Below are positions 44,621-54,232 of a stretch of 64,000 nucleotides of DNA, in pieces (the first letter of the stretch is position 1; the number at the start of each line of letters is the position of its first letter). Both the position numbers and the translations under genes were made by a program. Location of the stretch: assembly GCA_965237805.1 (NCBI GenBank), contig OZ250153.1, positions 1,088,001 to 1,152,000 on the forward strand, in the 5' to 3' direction. Source of the stretch: Gammaproteobacteria bacterium (lineage in GTDB: Bacteria > Pseudomonadota > Gammaproteobacteria > JABABF01). Under the pieces are notes generated by a model that saw nothing but the letters and a program-made list of their open reading frames with translations, had not been told where the DNA came from and ran no database searches.

Positions 44621-46636
44621 CTATCGGGCTATCTTCCTCACAGGGGCGCCCGCTCGCCGAGGACGTTTTGATTGGCGGTGTTGTCGGTTTCCTCGTAGTG
44701 GGGGAAGCGCCCTCGCTACCGCTTGGGCACTTGCAGACCGATCAAGACTTGGGGGCATCGCCTGCTCGCCGAGGAAGTCCTGATAGGCGGCGTTGTCGGT
44801 TTCCTCGTGGTGGGGGAAGCCGATGCGCGACAAGCATTTGCGCAGCCGCCCCCGCTGTCGCTTGGGCACTTGCAGGCCGATCAAGACTTGGCCGTAGGTG
44901 GCACCCTGCGAGCCGTAGTGGAACAGGGTGACGGACCAGTCCGGTGCCAGCCCCGACAGGAAGTCCAGCAGGGCCTGCGGGCGCTCCGGAAACTGCACCC
45001 GATACAGCACCTCATCTTCGAGCTGCCGTGCGCCGCCGATCATATGCCGCACATGCTGCTTGGCCAGCTCGTTGTCGTTCAGGTCATTGACGGCGAAGCC
45101 TTGATCGCGCAGCTCTTGGCGGATCTCGGCGCGCACATCCTCGCCCTCGCGCTCGTCCACCGTCAGGCCGACGAAGAGCTGCCCGATGCGGCCATCGCTA
45201 CGCCGGTAGTTCAGCTCGCTGATGTTGCGCTCGCCGAGGCAGTGGCAGAAGCGCAGGAAGGCACCGTTTTCCTCCGGCAGGGCGACCGACATCACGGCCT
45301 CGCGGCGTTCGCCCAGCTCGGCGCGCTCGGCGATGGTGGCGAGGCGGTCGAAGTTGAGGTTGGCACCGCTGTGCAGGGCCAGCAAGCGCTGCCCGCTGCA
45401 GCCGCGCTCGGCGACGAAGCGTTTGAGGCCGGCCAGCGCCAGTGCGCCGGAGGGCTCGGCCAGCGAGCGGGTGTCGTCGAAGATGTCCTTGACAGCGGCG
45501 CAGATCTCGTCAGTGCTGACCGTCAGCACCCCGGCCACCTTGGCCGCACGCACGACGCGGAAGGGCTCGCGCCCCACTTGGGCCACCGCCGCGCCCTCGG
45601 CGAAGACCCCCACCTCCGCGAGCTTGACACGGCGGCCGGCGGCCAGCGCAGCGGCGAGGCAGGCGGCATCCTGCGGCTCGACGCCGTAGACCTCGATTTC
45701 CGGGCGGCTCAGATGCAGCCAGGCGGCGATGCCAGCCAGCACGCCGCCGCCGCCGACCGGCACGAAGACAGCATCGGGCGCATCCTCACCCCTGGGGCAC
45801 TGCTCGTCGATTTCGCGGCCGATGGTGCCTTGACCGGCGATGACGGTCGCATCATCGTAGGGTGGGATGAAGCAGGCACCGCTGGTGGCGGCCAGCTTGC
45901 GGGCGTGCTCGGAGGCCTGCTCGTAGAAGTCGCCGTGCAGTACCGCGGTGGCACCGCGTGCGCGCACCGCATCGATCTTGATGCGCGGGGTGCCCTTGGG
46001 CATGACGATGGTGGCCGCGATGCCGAGCCGGTCGGCGGCCAGCGCCACACCTTGGGCGTGGTTGCCCGCCGAGGCGGCGACGACGCCGCGCCGTCGCTTG
46101 GCCGCTGGCAACGAGGCGATTTTGTTATAGGCACCGCGCAGCTTGAAAGAGAACACCGGCTGCAGGTCTTCGCGTTTGAGCAGCACGGTGTTGCCGAGGC
46201 GCTGCGAGAGCAGCGGGGCTTCGTGCACCGGCGTGCGATTGGCAACATCGTAGACCCGCTCGGCGGCGATGATGCGCTTTCTATAGGCTTCTACTGCCGA
46301 TGCTGCCGCTTCCTCAGGCCGCAAGACGACATCATGGGGGGTCTGCATAGTCGCGTTGGTGCGCTTTTCAAGGCGATAGCTAGTGCTGCGGCCACCGCCT
46401 TGGTTCTTAGCCAGCCAGCCGCTTGCCAGCAACTCACGGATATCGCGTAGCGCCGTGTCCGTTGAGCACTTGGCCAGCTCGGCATATATCGATGTGGTCA
46501 CTGGGTTCGAATGATCCTGCATCCAGTTGAGTACCGAACGCTGGCGCCGTCGCAGGCCATCGTGATCAATGTGGGCGTGGCTCGCACTAGATGCGCGGAC
46601 TTTTGCTGCGTCAAGTGGTGCGTCTTTGAAGGACAT
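44621..46636 (-). CDS. ilvA: Biosynthetic threonine ammonia-lyase with N-terminal Fic-type wHTH fusion and extended C-terminus (IlvA core starts ~46348)
   Basis: KREDLQPVFSFKLRGAYN, ASAGNHAQG, VGGGG, SGANLNFDRL, two ACT-like domains; [11 protein letters not shown] before ATG 46636. Confidence 0.92.
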   Translation of the reverse strand: MSFKDAPLDAAKVRASSASHAHIDHDGLRRRQRSVLNWMQDHSNPVTTSIYAELAKCSTDTALRDIRELLASGWLAKNQGGGRSTSYRLEKRTNATMQTPHDVVLRPEEAAASAVEAYRKRIIAAERVYDVANRTPVHEAPLLSQRLGNTVLLKREDLQPVFSFKLRGAYNKIASLPAAKRRRGVVAASAGNHAQGVALAADRLGIAATIVMPKGTPRIKIDAVRARGATAVLHGDFYEQASEHARKLAATSGACFIPPYDDATVIAGQGTIGREIDEQCPRGEDAPDAVFVPVGGGGVLAGIAAWLHLSRPEIEVYGVEPQDAACLAAALAAGRRVKLAEVGVFAEGAAVAQVGREPFRVVRAAKVAGVLTVSTDEICAAVKDIFDDTRSLAEPSGALALAGLKRFVAERGCSGQRLLALHSGANLNFDRLATIAERAELGERREAVMSVALPEENGAFLRFCHCLGERNISELNYRRSDGRIGQLFVGLTVDEREGEDVRAEIRQELRDQGFAVNDLNDNELAKQHVRHMIGGARQLEDEVLYRVQFPERPQALLDFLSGLAPDWSVTLFHYGSQGATYGQVLIGLQVPKRQRGRLRKCLSRIGFPHHEETDNAAYQDFLGEQAMPPSLDRSASAQAVARALPPLRGNRQHRQSKRPRRAGAPVRKIAR
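44652..44752. repeat. Degenerate tandem copy of the ilvA 3' end (44764-44892)
   Basis: GTTGTCGGTTTCCTCGT.GTGGGGGAAGC and CGCTTGGGCACTTGCAG.CCGATCAAGACTTGG each occur twice. Confidence 0.9.
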
Positions 46637-46648
46637 GATCACACCTCC

Positions 46649-46729
46649 TGCGGTGATTATAGCCCCCAACCACCGAAATAGCAATATTCACCGCATATAT
46701 TGCGGCGAATAAGCCATTTATTCGGTGCA
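46649..46729. promoter_or_regulatory. Cluster of TGCGG(C/T)GA(A/T)T motifs including an imperfect palindrome, putative operator
   Basis: ATTCACCGCA-TATAT-TGCGGCGAAT at 46686-46710; further copies at 46649 and 46720; related cluster at 54021-54102. Confidence 0.55.
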
Positions 46730-46874
46730 GATGAGGGGTTTATGGGGGAGCATGTTGTCTGCGGCTTGACAGCTGTCGCTCTGTGCGGCGTAGACTGGTT
46801 TAGCGCCATGTGCCGATTGGCTGAAGCTCATATATAATGGGTATCTGTGCCGCACTGCATAGAGAGATACCGCT

Positions 46875-47561
46875 TTGGATCGCGAAGCACAGAAACAGGC
46901 TGTCGCCGCCGCCGCCGTCGAGTGGCTGCGCGACAAAGTGGTTCCAGACACCGTATTGGGCGTGGGTAGCGGCTCGACAGTGTGCCATTTCATCTTGGCA
47001 TTGGCCGCATCCGAACTGCGCGTTGCCGGTGCCGTGGCGGCCTCGGAGTCCAGCGCCGAGCTGTTGCGCGAACACGACATCGACGTGGTCGATTTGAATG
47101 AGGCAGGGGAGCTGTCTGTTTATGTGGACGGTGCCGACGAGGCCGATAGAGAGCTGCGGCTGATCAAGGGCGGCGGTGGGGCTTTGCTGCGCGAGAAGAT
47201 CATCGCCAGCGCCTCGCGGGAGTTCCTGTGCTTGGTGGATGAGGGCAAGGTGGTGGAGCGGCTGGGGGCTTTCCCCTTGCCGGTGGAAGTGCTGCCGATG
47301 GCGCGGGGAGTGGTGGAGCGGGCTTTGCAGGGCTTGGGCGGGGCGCCGGAGCTGCGGGCCGGATATACGACGGATAACGGGAATCAGATACTGGATGTTA
47401 GGGGCTTGGGTTTTGGCGAGCCAGAGGTGTTGGATGAGGAGCTGAACCAGCTGCCTGGGGTGGTTGGAAATGGGGTGTTTGCGCGGAGAAAGGCGGACTG
47501 TTTGTTGGTGGCGGGAGAGGGTGGAGTGCGGGAGGTGGGGGGCGCGCGCAGCAGTGTCTGA
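46875..47561 (+). CDS. rpiA: Ribose-5-phosphate isomerase A
   Basis: GVGSGST, YVDGADE, IKGGGGALLREK, TDNGNQILD. Confidence 0.96.
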   Translation: MDREAQKQAVAAAAVEWLRDKVVPDTVLGVGSGSTVCHFILALAASELRVAGAVAASESSAELLREHDIDVVDLNEAGELSVYVDGADEADRELRLIKGGGGALLREKIIASASREFLCLVDEGKVVERLGAFPLPVEVLPMARGVVERALQGLGGAPELRAGYTTDNGNQILDVRGLGFGEPEVLDEELNQLPGVVGNGVFARRKADCLLVAGEGGVREVGGARSSV

Positions 47562-47694
47562 AAACTCTAGGGCAGCAATTAAGGGCAAAAGCGCGGCACG
47601 GGCACTAGCCTCAGCAGCATCACCATACCGACTCTAACCTCCAGCCAGAATCGTGATAGGCGAAGGCATTAGGCGATTAGAATCCTTGCCCTTC

Positions 47695-47961
47695 TCACCC
47701 CACCTCGGAGAGTGCGACCAGTTCCTCAGCCATCTCCCGCAAGCTAATAACTTCCACACCCCCACCCTTGGGGTAGCGTTCATCGCCCCCATAGACGATA
47801 AAGGTACGATCCGGCTTGATGTCATCGTAGGCCTGCCGCAGGCCACGGCTCAGCGTCGGTGCGGTCGTGCGCTTGATCTCAATGGCCCAGAGGCACCGCA
47901 GGGTGTTTGCCGGGATGCGTGGCCCCAGCAGTGGGATGTCGTGCGTCTCGCTGGGACACAC
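47695..47961 (-). pseudogene. C-terminal remnant of AAA ATPase/DUF4143 protein
   Basis: LWAIEIKRTTAPTLSRG...FIVYGGDERYP...VISL with no ATPase domain upstream. Confidence 0.65.
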
Positions 47962-48068
47962 CGGTCGGATGGCCAGGACGGCTGATACTCCCTACCCCTC
48001 TATATGATAGGATTTGTTCATCCCTGTTCGTCCCCAAGCGTGGCATGATCTAATTATAAAAAGAGGAT

Positions 48069-48455
48069 ATGAAGATGGAAACACAAAAACGCGGCTTATC
48101 AATCGATACTGAAAGACTTGAAAGTGACTGTTTGATCTCTATCAAATCTCAAGGGAAACTCACACATCAGGACTATGTGGCGCTAACACCGGTGATTGAT
48201 TCAGCGCTATCGACTGTTAAAGACCCTCAAATAAAGCTCTTTATGGATATCACTGAACTTGATGGTTGGGAGCTTAGGGCATTATGGGATGACTTCAGAC
48301 TTGGATTAAAACATGGCAAGAAGTTTCACAAAGTCGCAATCTATGGCTATATCAGATGTGGCAACTTTCTCGCAAAACTAGGGTCTTTGTTTATTGCAGG
48401 TGAAATCCAATTTTTTGATCATGAAAGCGATGCATTGGAATGGTTAAACGAGTAA
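48069..48455 (+). CDS. SpoIIAA-like (STAS/SEC14) domain protein
   Basis: GKLTHQDY, LDGWELRALWDDFRLGLKH, ALEWL; GAGGA RBS; AT-rich. Confidence 0.85.
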   Translation: MKMETQKRGLSIDTERLESDCLISIKSQGKLTHQDYVALTPVIDSALSTVKDPQIKLFMDITELDGWELRALWDDFRLGLKHGKKFHKVAIYGYIRCGNFLAKLGSLFIAGEIQFFDHESDALEWLNE

Positions 48456-48495
48456 ACCTATAACCAAGGCTTGACATTCAAATCGATTAAAGGCG

Positions 48496-48596
48496 TGATG
48501 CTGCCACAGCTCTGCTGGATCGTGGCCTTCACGATTTTCACAGTGCTCTATTTCCCCATATTGACGCGCCCGCGGGTGGACGGCCAGGACGGCTAG
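48496..48596 (+). repeat. 101-bp duplicate of the nnrS 3' end; a third ~19-bp remnant at 47967-47985
   Basis: Near-identical to 49888-49988. Confidence 0.92.
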
Positions 48597-48602
48597 CAGC
48601 CC

Positions 48603-48731
48603 CTAGCTCCCCCGCAACACCCCCTCCTAAGCGGCCAAGCCAGCCCCAGCGGCACCAGCCCCAGCAGCATCACCACCCCCACCCCAGCCCCCCGATCCAC
48701 CGCAGCCCGAAGACCAGCGGTGCCGCCGCCG
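48603..48731 (-). repeat. Duplicate of the 3' end of the MFS gene (52480-52610)
   Basis: CTAGCTCCCCCGCAACACCCC...GAAGACCAGCGGTGCCGCCGCCG shared, with small indels. Confidence 0.92.
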
Positions 48732-48836
48732 CTACTGCGGACTATTGGTTGGCAGTTGGGGGGCGGATATGCCAGCATCTCCAGTTAGAATGCCCAGTAA
48801 CCCCCTAATCAGAGCCGTAGCGAGGAGACACCAGCC

Positions 48837-49988
48837 ATGCCACTACTAGCACTGGGCTTTCGCCCCTTCTTCCTAAGTGCTGGCATCTTTGCTGTCCTTG
48901 CCATCGTGCTGTGGGCGGCAGTTTATCCCGCTCATGTGGTATTGCCGCTACAGGGCATTTCCAGTTTCCAATGGCATGCCCACGAGATGATCTACGGCTA
49001 CAGCCTCGCTGTGATCGCCGGCTTTCTGCTGACCGCTGTGCGCAACTGGACCGGCATACAAACCACCCGCGGTCCGACACTGGCGGCGCTGGTCGCCCTG
49101 TGGTTGGTGGGGCGGGTGGCGCTGGTCTGTGGGCTGCTCTCGGTGGCCGGTCTCTTCGATACACTGTTCCTCGCCAGTTTGTGTGTCGCTGTGGGGCGGC
49201 CATTGATCCAGAGCAAACAGTGGAAGCAGATGGCGATTTTGGGCAAGCTGACTTTGCTGCTTGTTTTCAATTCACTGTTCTACCTCGGTGCCTTTGCGGT
49301 GGTCGAGCAGGGCATTTACTGGGGCATCTACGGCGGCTTGTACGTGGTGGTGGGCTTGATCATGATGATGGGCAGACGCTTGCTGCCTTTCTTCATCGAG
49401 AGTGGCTTGGATAACCCCGCAGCTCCGTACAACTCCCAATGGATCGATATCGCCAGCTTGGCGATGTTTCTGGTCTTTTTCGGCTCGGAGCTGGTGGCGC
49501 GTAGTCCGGCGCTGTCCGCCTATGTGGCGCTGCTGTTATTTGGCGTTAACGCCTTCCGGCTGCTGCGTTGGAATCAGCGGGGGATTTGGCAAAAGCCGCT
49601 GTTGTGGAGTCTGTACCTGTCGCTCTGGAGCATCGCGCTGGGCTTCCTGTTATTCGCCGGCAGCCATTTCTGGGGTCTGTCAAAATATGTGGCCATCCAC
49701 GCTTTCGCCTATGGTGGCATCGGCACCATCACCTTGGCGATGATGTCGCGTGTTGCGCTGGGGCACACTGGTCGGATGATCGGCTCCCCTCCCGCCGCTC
49801 TGGTGCCAGCCTTTGGCATTCTCTTTTTCGGGGCGATACTCCGGGTCGCATGTCCGCTGCTGTTCCCGCAGCACTACGCGCTCTGGATGATGCTGTCACA
49901 GCTCTGCTGGATCGTGGCCTTCACGATTTTCACAGTGCTCTATTTCCCCATATTGACGCGCCCGCGGGTGGATGGTCAGGACGGCTGA
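48837..49988 (+). CDS. nnrS: NnrS NO-tolerance membrane protein
   Basis: LGFRPFFL, WHAHEMIYGY, GFLLTAVRNWTG, MMSRVALGHTGR, RPRVDGQDG. Confidence 0.93.
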   Translation: MPLLALGFRPFFLSAGIFAVLAIVLWAAVYPAHVVLPLQGISSFQWHAHEMIYGYSLAVIAGFLLTAVRNWTGIQTTRGPTLAALVALWLVGRVALVCGLLSVAGLFDTLFLASLCVAVGRPLIQSKQWKQMAILGKLTLLLVFNSLFYLGAFAVVEQGIYWGIYGGLYVVVGLIMMMGRRLLPFFIESGLDNPAAPYNSQWIDIASLAMFLVFFGSELVARSPALSAYVALLLFGVNAFRLLRWNQRGIWQKPLLWSLYLSLWSIALGFLLFAGSHFWGLSKYVAIHAFAYGGIGTITLAMMSRVALGHTGRMIGSPPAALVPAFGILFFGAILRVACPLLFPQHYALWMMLSQLCWIVAFTIFTVLYFPILTRPRVDGQDG

Positions 49989-50010
49989 TTCTGCGCCCGC
50001 AAACGACCGT

Positions 50011-52329
50011 CTACGCAGGCCGATTGGCGCTTGCCCTTAGGCCATGCTCTGGCGTGGTGTTAGGCACCCCGAAATATAACTTATACACAAAGGCCAACAG
50101 CGCCAACACACCGACCCCAAAAATGGCATCTCCTGGCACCCGCAACCACACCAAAGACTCAATCAGATCACTGTGCATGAATTCGGCTGATCGCGCCGCA
50201 TGATAGCCAAAGGTGTAGCTTCGGTAAGTCTGCAATATTCCGATCGGAAAGAGCGACAGTAGCAACATTAACGCTAAGCCGATATTGAAAGACCAAAACG
50301 ATATTTTAAGCAATCGGTCATCCCAGCGAGCGTTATCAGTTAATCCTTTCAAACACAAGAGCATCAGCCCTATACCCAGCATTCCATACACCCCAAATAA
50401 TGCGGCATGTGCATGGGTGGCCGTGGTATTCAAACCCTGCATGTAGTAGAGCGCCAGCGGTGGATTAATGAAGAATCCAAGTATTCCGGCACCGACCAGA
50501 TTCCAAAATAATACAGCTCCTAAGAACATAAATGGCCAATGGTAGTTGTGATGCCAAGTCGCTTGCCGTTCAATCTTGGTGTTGTGATAGGCCTCAAATC
50601 CAATCACGGCAAGTGGGACGACTTCCAATGCCGAGAAAACCGCGCCTAAAGCTATCACCCCAATCGGGGTGCCACTGAAATATAAATGATGGAAGGTGCC
50701 CAACACTCCACCACACAAGAAAATAATGGATGCGAACAACACCATCATGACAGCAGTTGCGGAGCGCACCAAGCCCATCATGACCATAACATAGGCAACA
50801 ACCGTGGTCGCAAATACTTCAAAAACACCTTCAACCCATAAATGGACCACCCACCAACGCCAGTACTCCATAATCGAAATGTGGGTGTGTTCTCCCCACA
50901 TTAATCCAGACAGATACAGCAGGCCAATGGCGGCAGTAGAAATGGCCAATAACCATATGAGCGACTCACTGTCTGCTGTTTTTAGAGCAGGCCATAGCGA
51001 ACGCAGTACCAGCACCAACCATAAGATCAACCCAAGGGCTAAAAATATTTGCCAAAACCTTCCCAAATCGACATATTCATAGCCTTGATGCCCAAACCAG
51101 AAATTCATAGTCAAATCTTTGAAGTATTGATGAATGCCCAACCATTCTCCGGCAAAAGATCCGACAATAATAAGCAGCAGGCAAACAAACAAGAAATTGA
51201 CCCCAAAGCGCTGGAACTTTGGCTCGTGTCCAGAGATGATGGGAGCAAAATATAAACCTGCTGCTAACCAGGTGGTGGCGATCCATAAAACCGAGAGTTG
51301 TGTATGCCAGGTTCTGGATACGGCGTATGGCAGGATTTTTGCCAGAGGAATACCATAAAGGTGTTGCCCTTCAATCGTGTAATGAGCGGTCAGCACACCA
51401 AGCGCTACTTGCACAGCAATGAGTACAGTCACGGCCCAAAAATACTTGGCCGTTGCCCGCATTGACGGAGTCGGTGTCACTGCAGCAAATACATCCTTCT
51501 GCGGGGGGCCTCCTGCCGGGACTATATCATCTCGCCAGTTGTCGAATTGCATGGCATAAAACCAAACCAATACACCAATACCGAATAACAGGAATGCAAT
51601 ACTTAGAAAAGTCCATAGGAATAGACTGCTGGTAGGCTTGTTGTCTATTAAGGGCTCATGTGGCCAATTATTGGTGTACGTGATATTGTCATTTGGTCGA
51701 TCGGTAGAAGCGGCCCATGATGTCCAAAAGAAAAAAGCACTTAGATCATGAAGGTCGTCGTCTGGTAAATGGAGATCTGGGGAAAATGCGTATTGATTGC
51801 GTATCGTTCTGGAAAAGTCACTATCAAGTTTTTGAAAGACATTTTGATAGTATGCCTTAGTTTTTTTAATCGCTCGAAGCCGCTCACGGCTGACGAGGAT
51901 GGCCCCGGTGGCTTCTGAATATGTGTTATTTTTTATTTCCGCTTTATGCTCGGCTATGAGGATATCCTGCTCTATCTGGGATAGCGAATCAAAGCCTTTT
52001 GAGTGTTTTCTTCGAGCATAAATATCCAGCAATGTGGTGACCTCTCTATGCAACCAATCAGCACTCCAATCAGGTGCCAGATAGCTCCCATGTCCCCAGA
52101 TAGAGCCGCGTTGCATGCCACCTAAGGATTGCCAAATATTTTGCCCGCGTTCAATGTCTTCCTGCAAATAGATCACATTGCCATTGTGCGACATCACGGA
52201 TTTTGGGATAGGGGGTTTTTCCTGATAGATCTTGCCGCCAAAAAACAACAGAGTAGAAAACATCACCGCCATTGAAACGGCGAAAATCCACCAAAGTCGA
52301 TTAATATTAAACAGCGCAGAATAATGCAT
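50011..52329 (-). CDS. norB: Quinol-dependent nitric oxide reductase (qNor)
   Basis: GHGSYLAPDWSADWLHRE, YTNNWPHEP, WWVVHLWVEGVFE, GTFHHLYF, HAHAALFGVYG; AT-rich relative to the host. Confidence 0.93.
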   Translation of the reverse strand: MHYSALFNINRLWWIFAVSMAVMFSTLLFFGGKIYQEKPPIPKSVMSHNGNVIYLQEDIERGQNIWQSLGGMQRGSIWGHGSYLAPDWSADWLHREVTTLLDIYARRKHSKGFDSLSQIEQDILIAEHKAEIKNNTYSEATGAILVSRERLRAIKKTKAYYQNVFQKLDSDFSRTIRNQYAFSPDLHLPDDDLHDLSAFFFWTSWAASTDRPNDNITYTNNWPHEPLIDNKPTSSLFLWTFLSIAFLLFGIGVLVWFYAMQFDNWRDDIVPAGGPPQKDVFAAVTPTPSMRATAKYFWAVTVLIAVQVALGVLTAHYTIEGQHLYGIPLAKILPYAVSRTWHTQLSVLWIATTWLAAGLYFAPIISGHEPKFQRFGVNFLFVCLLLIIVGSFAGEWLGIHQYFKDLTMNFWFGHQGYEYVDLGRFWQIFLALGLILWLVLVLRSLWPALKTADSESLIWLLAISTAAIGLLYLSGLMWGEHTHISIMEYWRWWVVHLWVEGVFEVFATTVVAYVMVMMGLVRSATAVMMVLFASIIFLCGGVLGTFHHLYFSGTPIGVIALGAVFSALEVVPLAVIGFEAYHNTKIERQATWHHNYHWPFMFLGAVLFWNLVGAGILGFFINPPLALYYMQGLNTTATHAHAALFGVYGMLGIGLMLLCLKGLTDNARWDDRLLKISFWSFNIGLALMLLLSLFPIGILQTYRSYTFGYHAARSAEFMHSDLIESLVWLRVPGDAIFGVGVLALLAFVYKLYFGVPNTTPEHGLRASANRPA

Positions 52330-52479
52330 ACTTGATTTCTAATGTGGTGCCATCAATCGCTAAGGATGGAGCAGTATTTGCTGCAACATTTATGAGAGCT
52401 GTACCGCTGCCATCTTTCGGTCGCTTTGTGGCTGCTATCTTATCAGACTGATGGTGTGGCTGCACGTGTTGGACATCCC

Positions 52480-53736
52480 CTAGCTCCCCCGCAACACCCC
52501 CCTCCTAAGCGGCCAAGCCAGCCCCAACGGCACCAGCCCCAGCAGCATCACCACCCCCACCCCAGCCCCCAGATCTACCGCCAGCCCGAAGACCAGCGGT
52601 GCCGCCGCCGTCGCGAACATCAGTGCGGAGGACACCATCGCGTTGATCGCGCCGAGGTGGCGGGTGCCGTAGAGCCCGGCCCAAGCGGCAGCGCTGACTG
52701 GCATCATCATGCCCCCCGTCAGTCCCATCAGCCCCAGCAGCAGATGTGCCCCGACGATGTGGTCGACGAAGGGGAATAGCGCCAAGCCCATGGCTATGGG
52801 TAGCAGCGCCCAGCCGAGCCAGCGGATCGGGCCGATGCGATCCACCGCGATGCCGGCCAGCGGTGCCACCGCCGCCCCCAGCAGCGCACAGCTGATGAAA
52901 GCCAAGGCCCACTCCTCCAGCGCCCAGCCCTTCTGCTCCACCAGCCACACTTGGTTGAACAATACTCCGGTGAAGATAAAAGGCACCGCCAGCACCGACA
53001 CCAACAGGGCGTGGAAGCGCCAGTCGCGCAACACCTCGCCGCGTCGCCATTGGCGCTGGCTGTCGCCGTCGGTCACATCGCCCTCGCCCGCTGCCATGCG
53101 CTGTAGATGGGCGGCGTGCAGCGAGCGGTAGCCGCCCTCGCCTTCGGCTCCCAGCAACAGATGCGCCAGTAGCCACCACAGCGCGATCATGCCGGCGACG
53201 CCGAGCCAGACCGAGCGCCAGTCCAGCCCCCAAGACTGCATGGCGAAGACAGCGATCAGCGGCAATAGCATTTGCCCCAAGGGTCTGCCCAGCCCGCCAA
53301 AACCGGCCGCCCGTCCACGCTGCGCCCCGAAATAGCGGCCGGTGGTGGTCCGCACCAGATTGTCCATCAGCCCGCGGGCGCATAGCCGCACGCCGCAATA
53401 GGCTGGCAGCAGTAGCCACACCACCGGCATCCATGCCATCAGCAGGCAGGAGGTGGCCAGCCCGACGAAGCAGAGGGCGCTGAACTGCGTCAGTCGCAGT
53501 CGGTCGATCAGTGCGCCCACCCAAGGCAGCGCGGCACCGCTGAGCAGGGTGGCGGCGGCGAATAGCCCGCCCAGCTGGCTGGCGCTGAGGCTGAACTCCC
53601 GCTGCAGATGGCCGTTGAACAGCGAGAGATAGGAGGTCAGGCCGATGCAGGAGCAGAAGTTGACCAGCAGGCAGAAGCCGAGCAGCTGCCGGTGCTTGCG
53701 CAGGAAGTGTCGGTAGGATGCGCTTGGGGTGTCCAT
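52480..53736 (-). CDS. MFS transporter (MFS1)
   Basis: ~12 hydrophobic segments, GALIDR, AVDRIGP, YGTRHLGAI. Confidence 0.88.
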   Translation of the reverse strand: MDTPSASYRHFLRKHRQLLGFCLLVNFCSCIGLTSYLSLFNGHLQREFSLSASQLGGLFAAATLLSGAALPWVGALIDRLRLTQFSALCFVGLATSCLLMAWMPVVWLLLPAYCGVRLCARGLMDNLVRTTTGRYFGAQRGRAAGFGGLGRPLGQMLLPLIAVFAMQSWGLDWRSVWLGVAGMIALWWLLAHLLLGAEGEGGYRSLHAAHLQRMAAGEGDVTDGDSQRQWRRGEVLRDWRFHALLVSVLAVPFIFTGVLFNQVWLVEQKGWALEEWALAFISCALLGAAVAPLAGIAVDRIGPIRWLGWALLPIAMGLALFPFVDHIVGAHLLLGLMGLTGGMMMPVSAAAWAGLYGTRHLGAINAMVSSALMFATAAAPLVFGLAVDLGAGVGVVMLLGLVPLGLAWPLRRGVLRGS

Positions 53737-53993
53737 CGGCTGGCCTAGTGGGCCGCTCCACCCGCAGGCGAGTGCGCGCCGATGCTTAGGCCACCCCGCT
53801 GCGCAGCACCGCCCGCCGCAGCGGCCAAGCCACCAGTAGCAGGGCGAGGCTGATCAGCACGATGGCTCGCAGCCCGCCGCCGCGGTCCACCAGCAGCCCG
53901 AAGATCAGCGGTGCCGCCGCCGTCGACAACACCAGCGCGGCCGAGACCATGGCGCGGATGGCACCGATGTGCCGGGCGCCGTACAGCGCCACC
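53509..53993. repeat. 485-bp near-identical direct repeat with 56584-57068 (MFS1 5' end plus MFS2 3' end)
   Basis: Compared by eye; one mismatch seen (GATGGCTCGC vs GATGGCCCGC). Confidence 0.93.
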
Positions 53994-54232
53994 AATGAAA
54001 GGCATAATCGACGCCGCTCCTGCGGCGATTATAGCCCCTCAAGCGCCGGGATCGCAACAATCGACGCATCTTGTGCGGCGAATGGGCGGGTTATTCGCCG
54101 CAAATGGGGGTTGCGGCGGGGTTTCGGCAGTGGGGTGGGATCTTGCCTTGGCAGCGCTAGAGCCCCCATGCCTGCGCCCAATCCTCGCCAGCCTTATCAA
54201 CAAGCTGATGCCGAGCTGTCGGAGCGCGTGGC

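Noticed and set aside
44723-46450. 575-aa ORF antisense to ilvA, and similar long shadow ORFs opposite atp, glmS, uvrD and fba
   Set aside because: Typical stop-free antisense frames of GC-rich genes, with no recognisable motifs
50011-52329. Possible nitric oxide dismutase (Nod)
   Set aside because: HLWVEGVFE and GTFHHLYF keep the canonical His and Glu residues of qNor that are substituted in putative Nod
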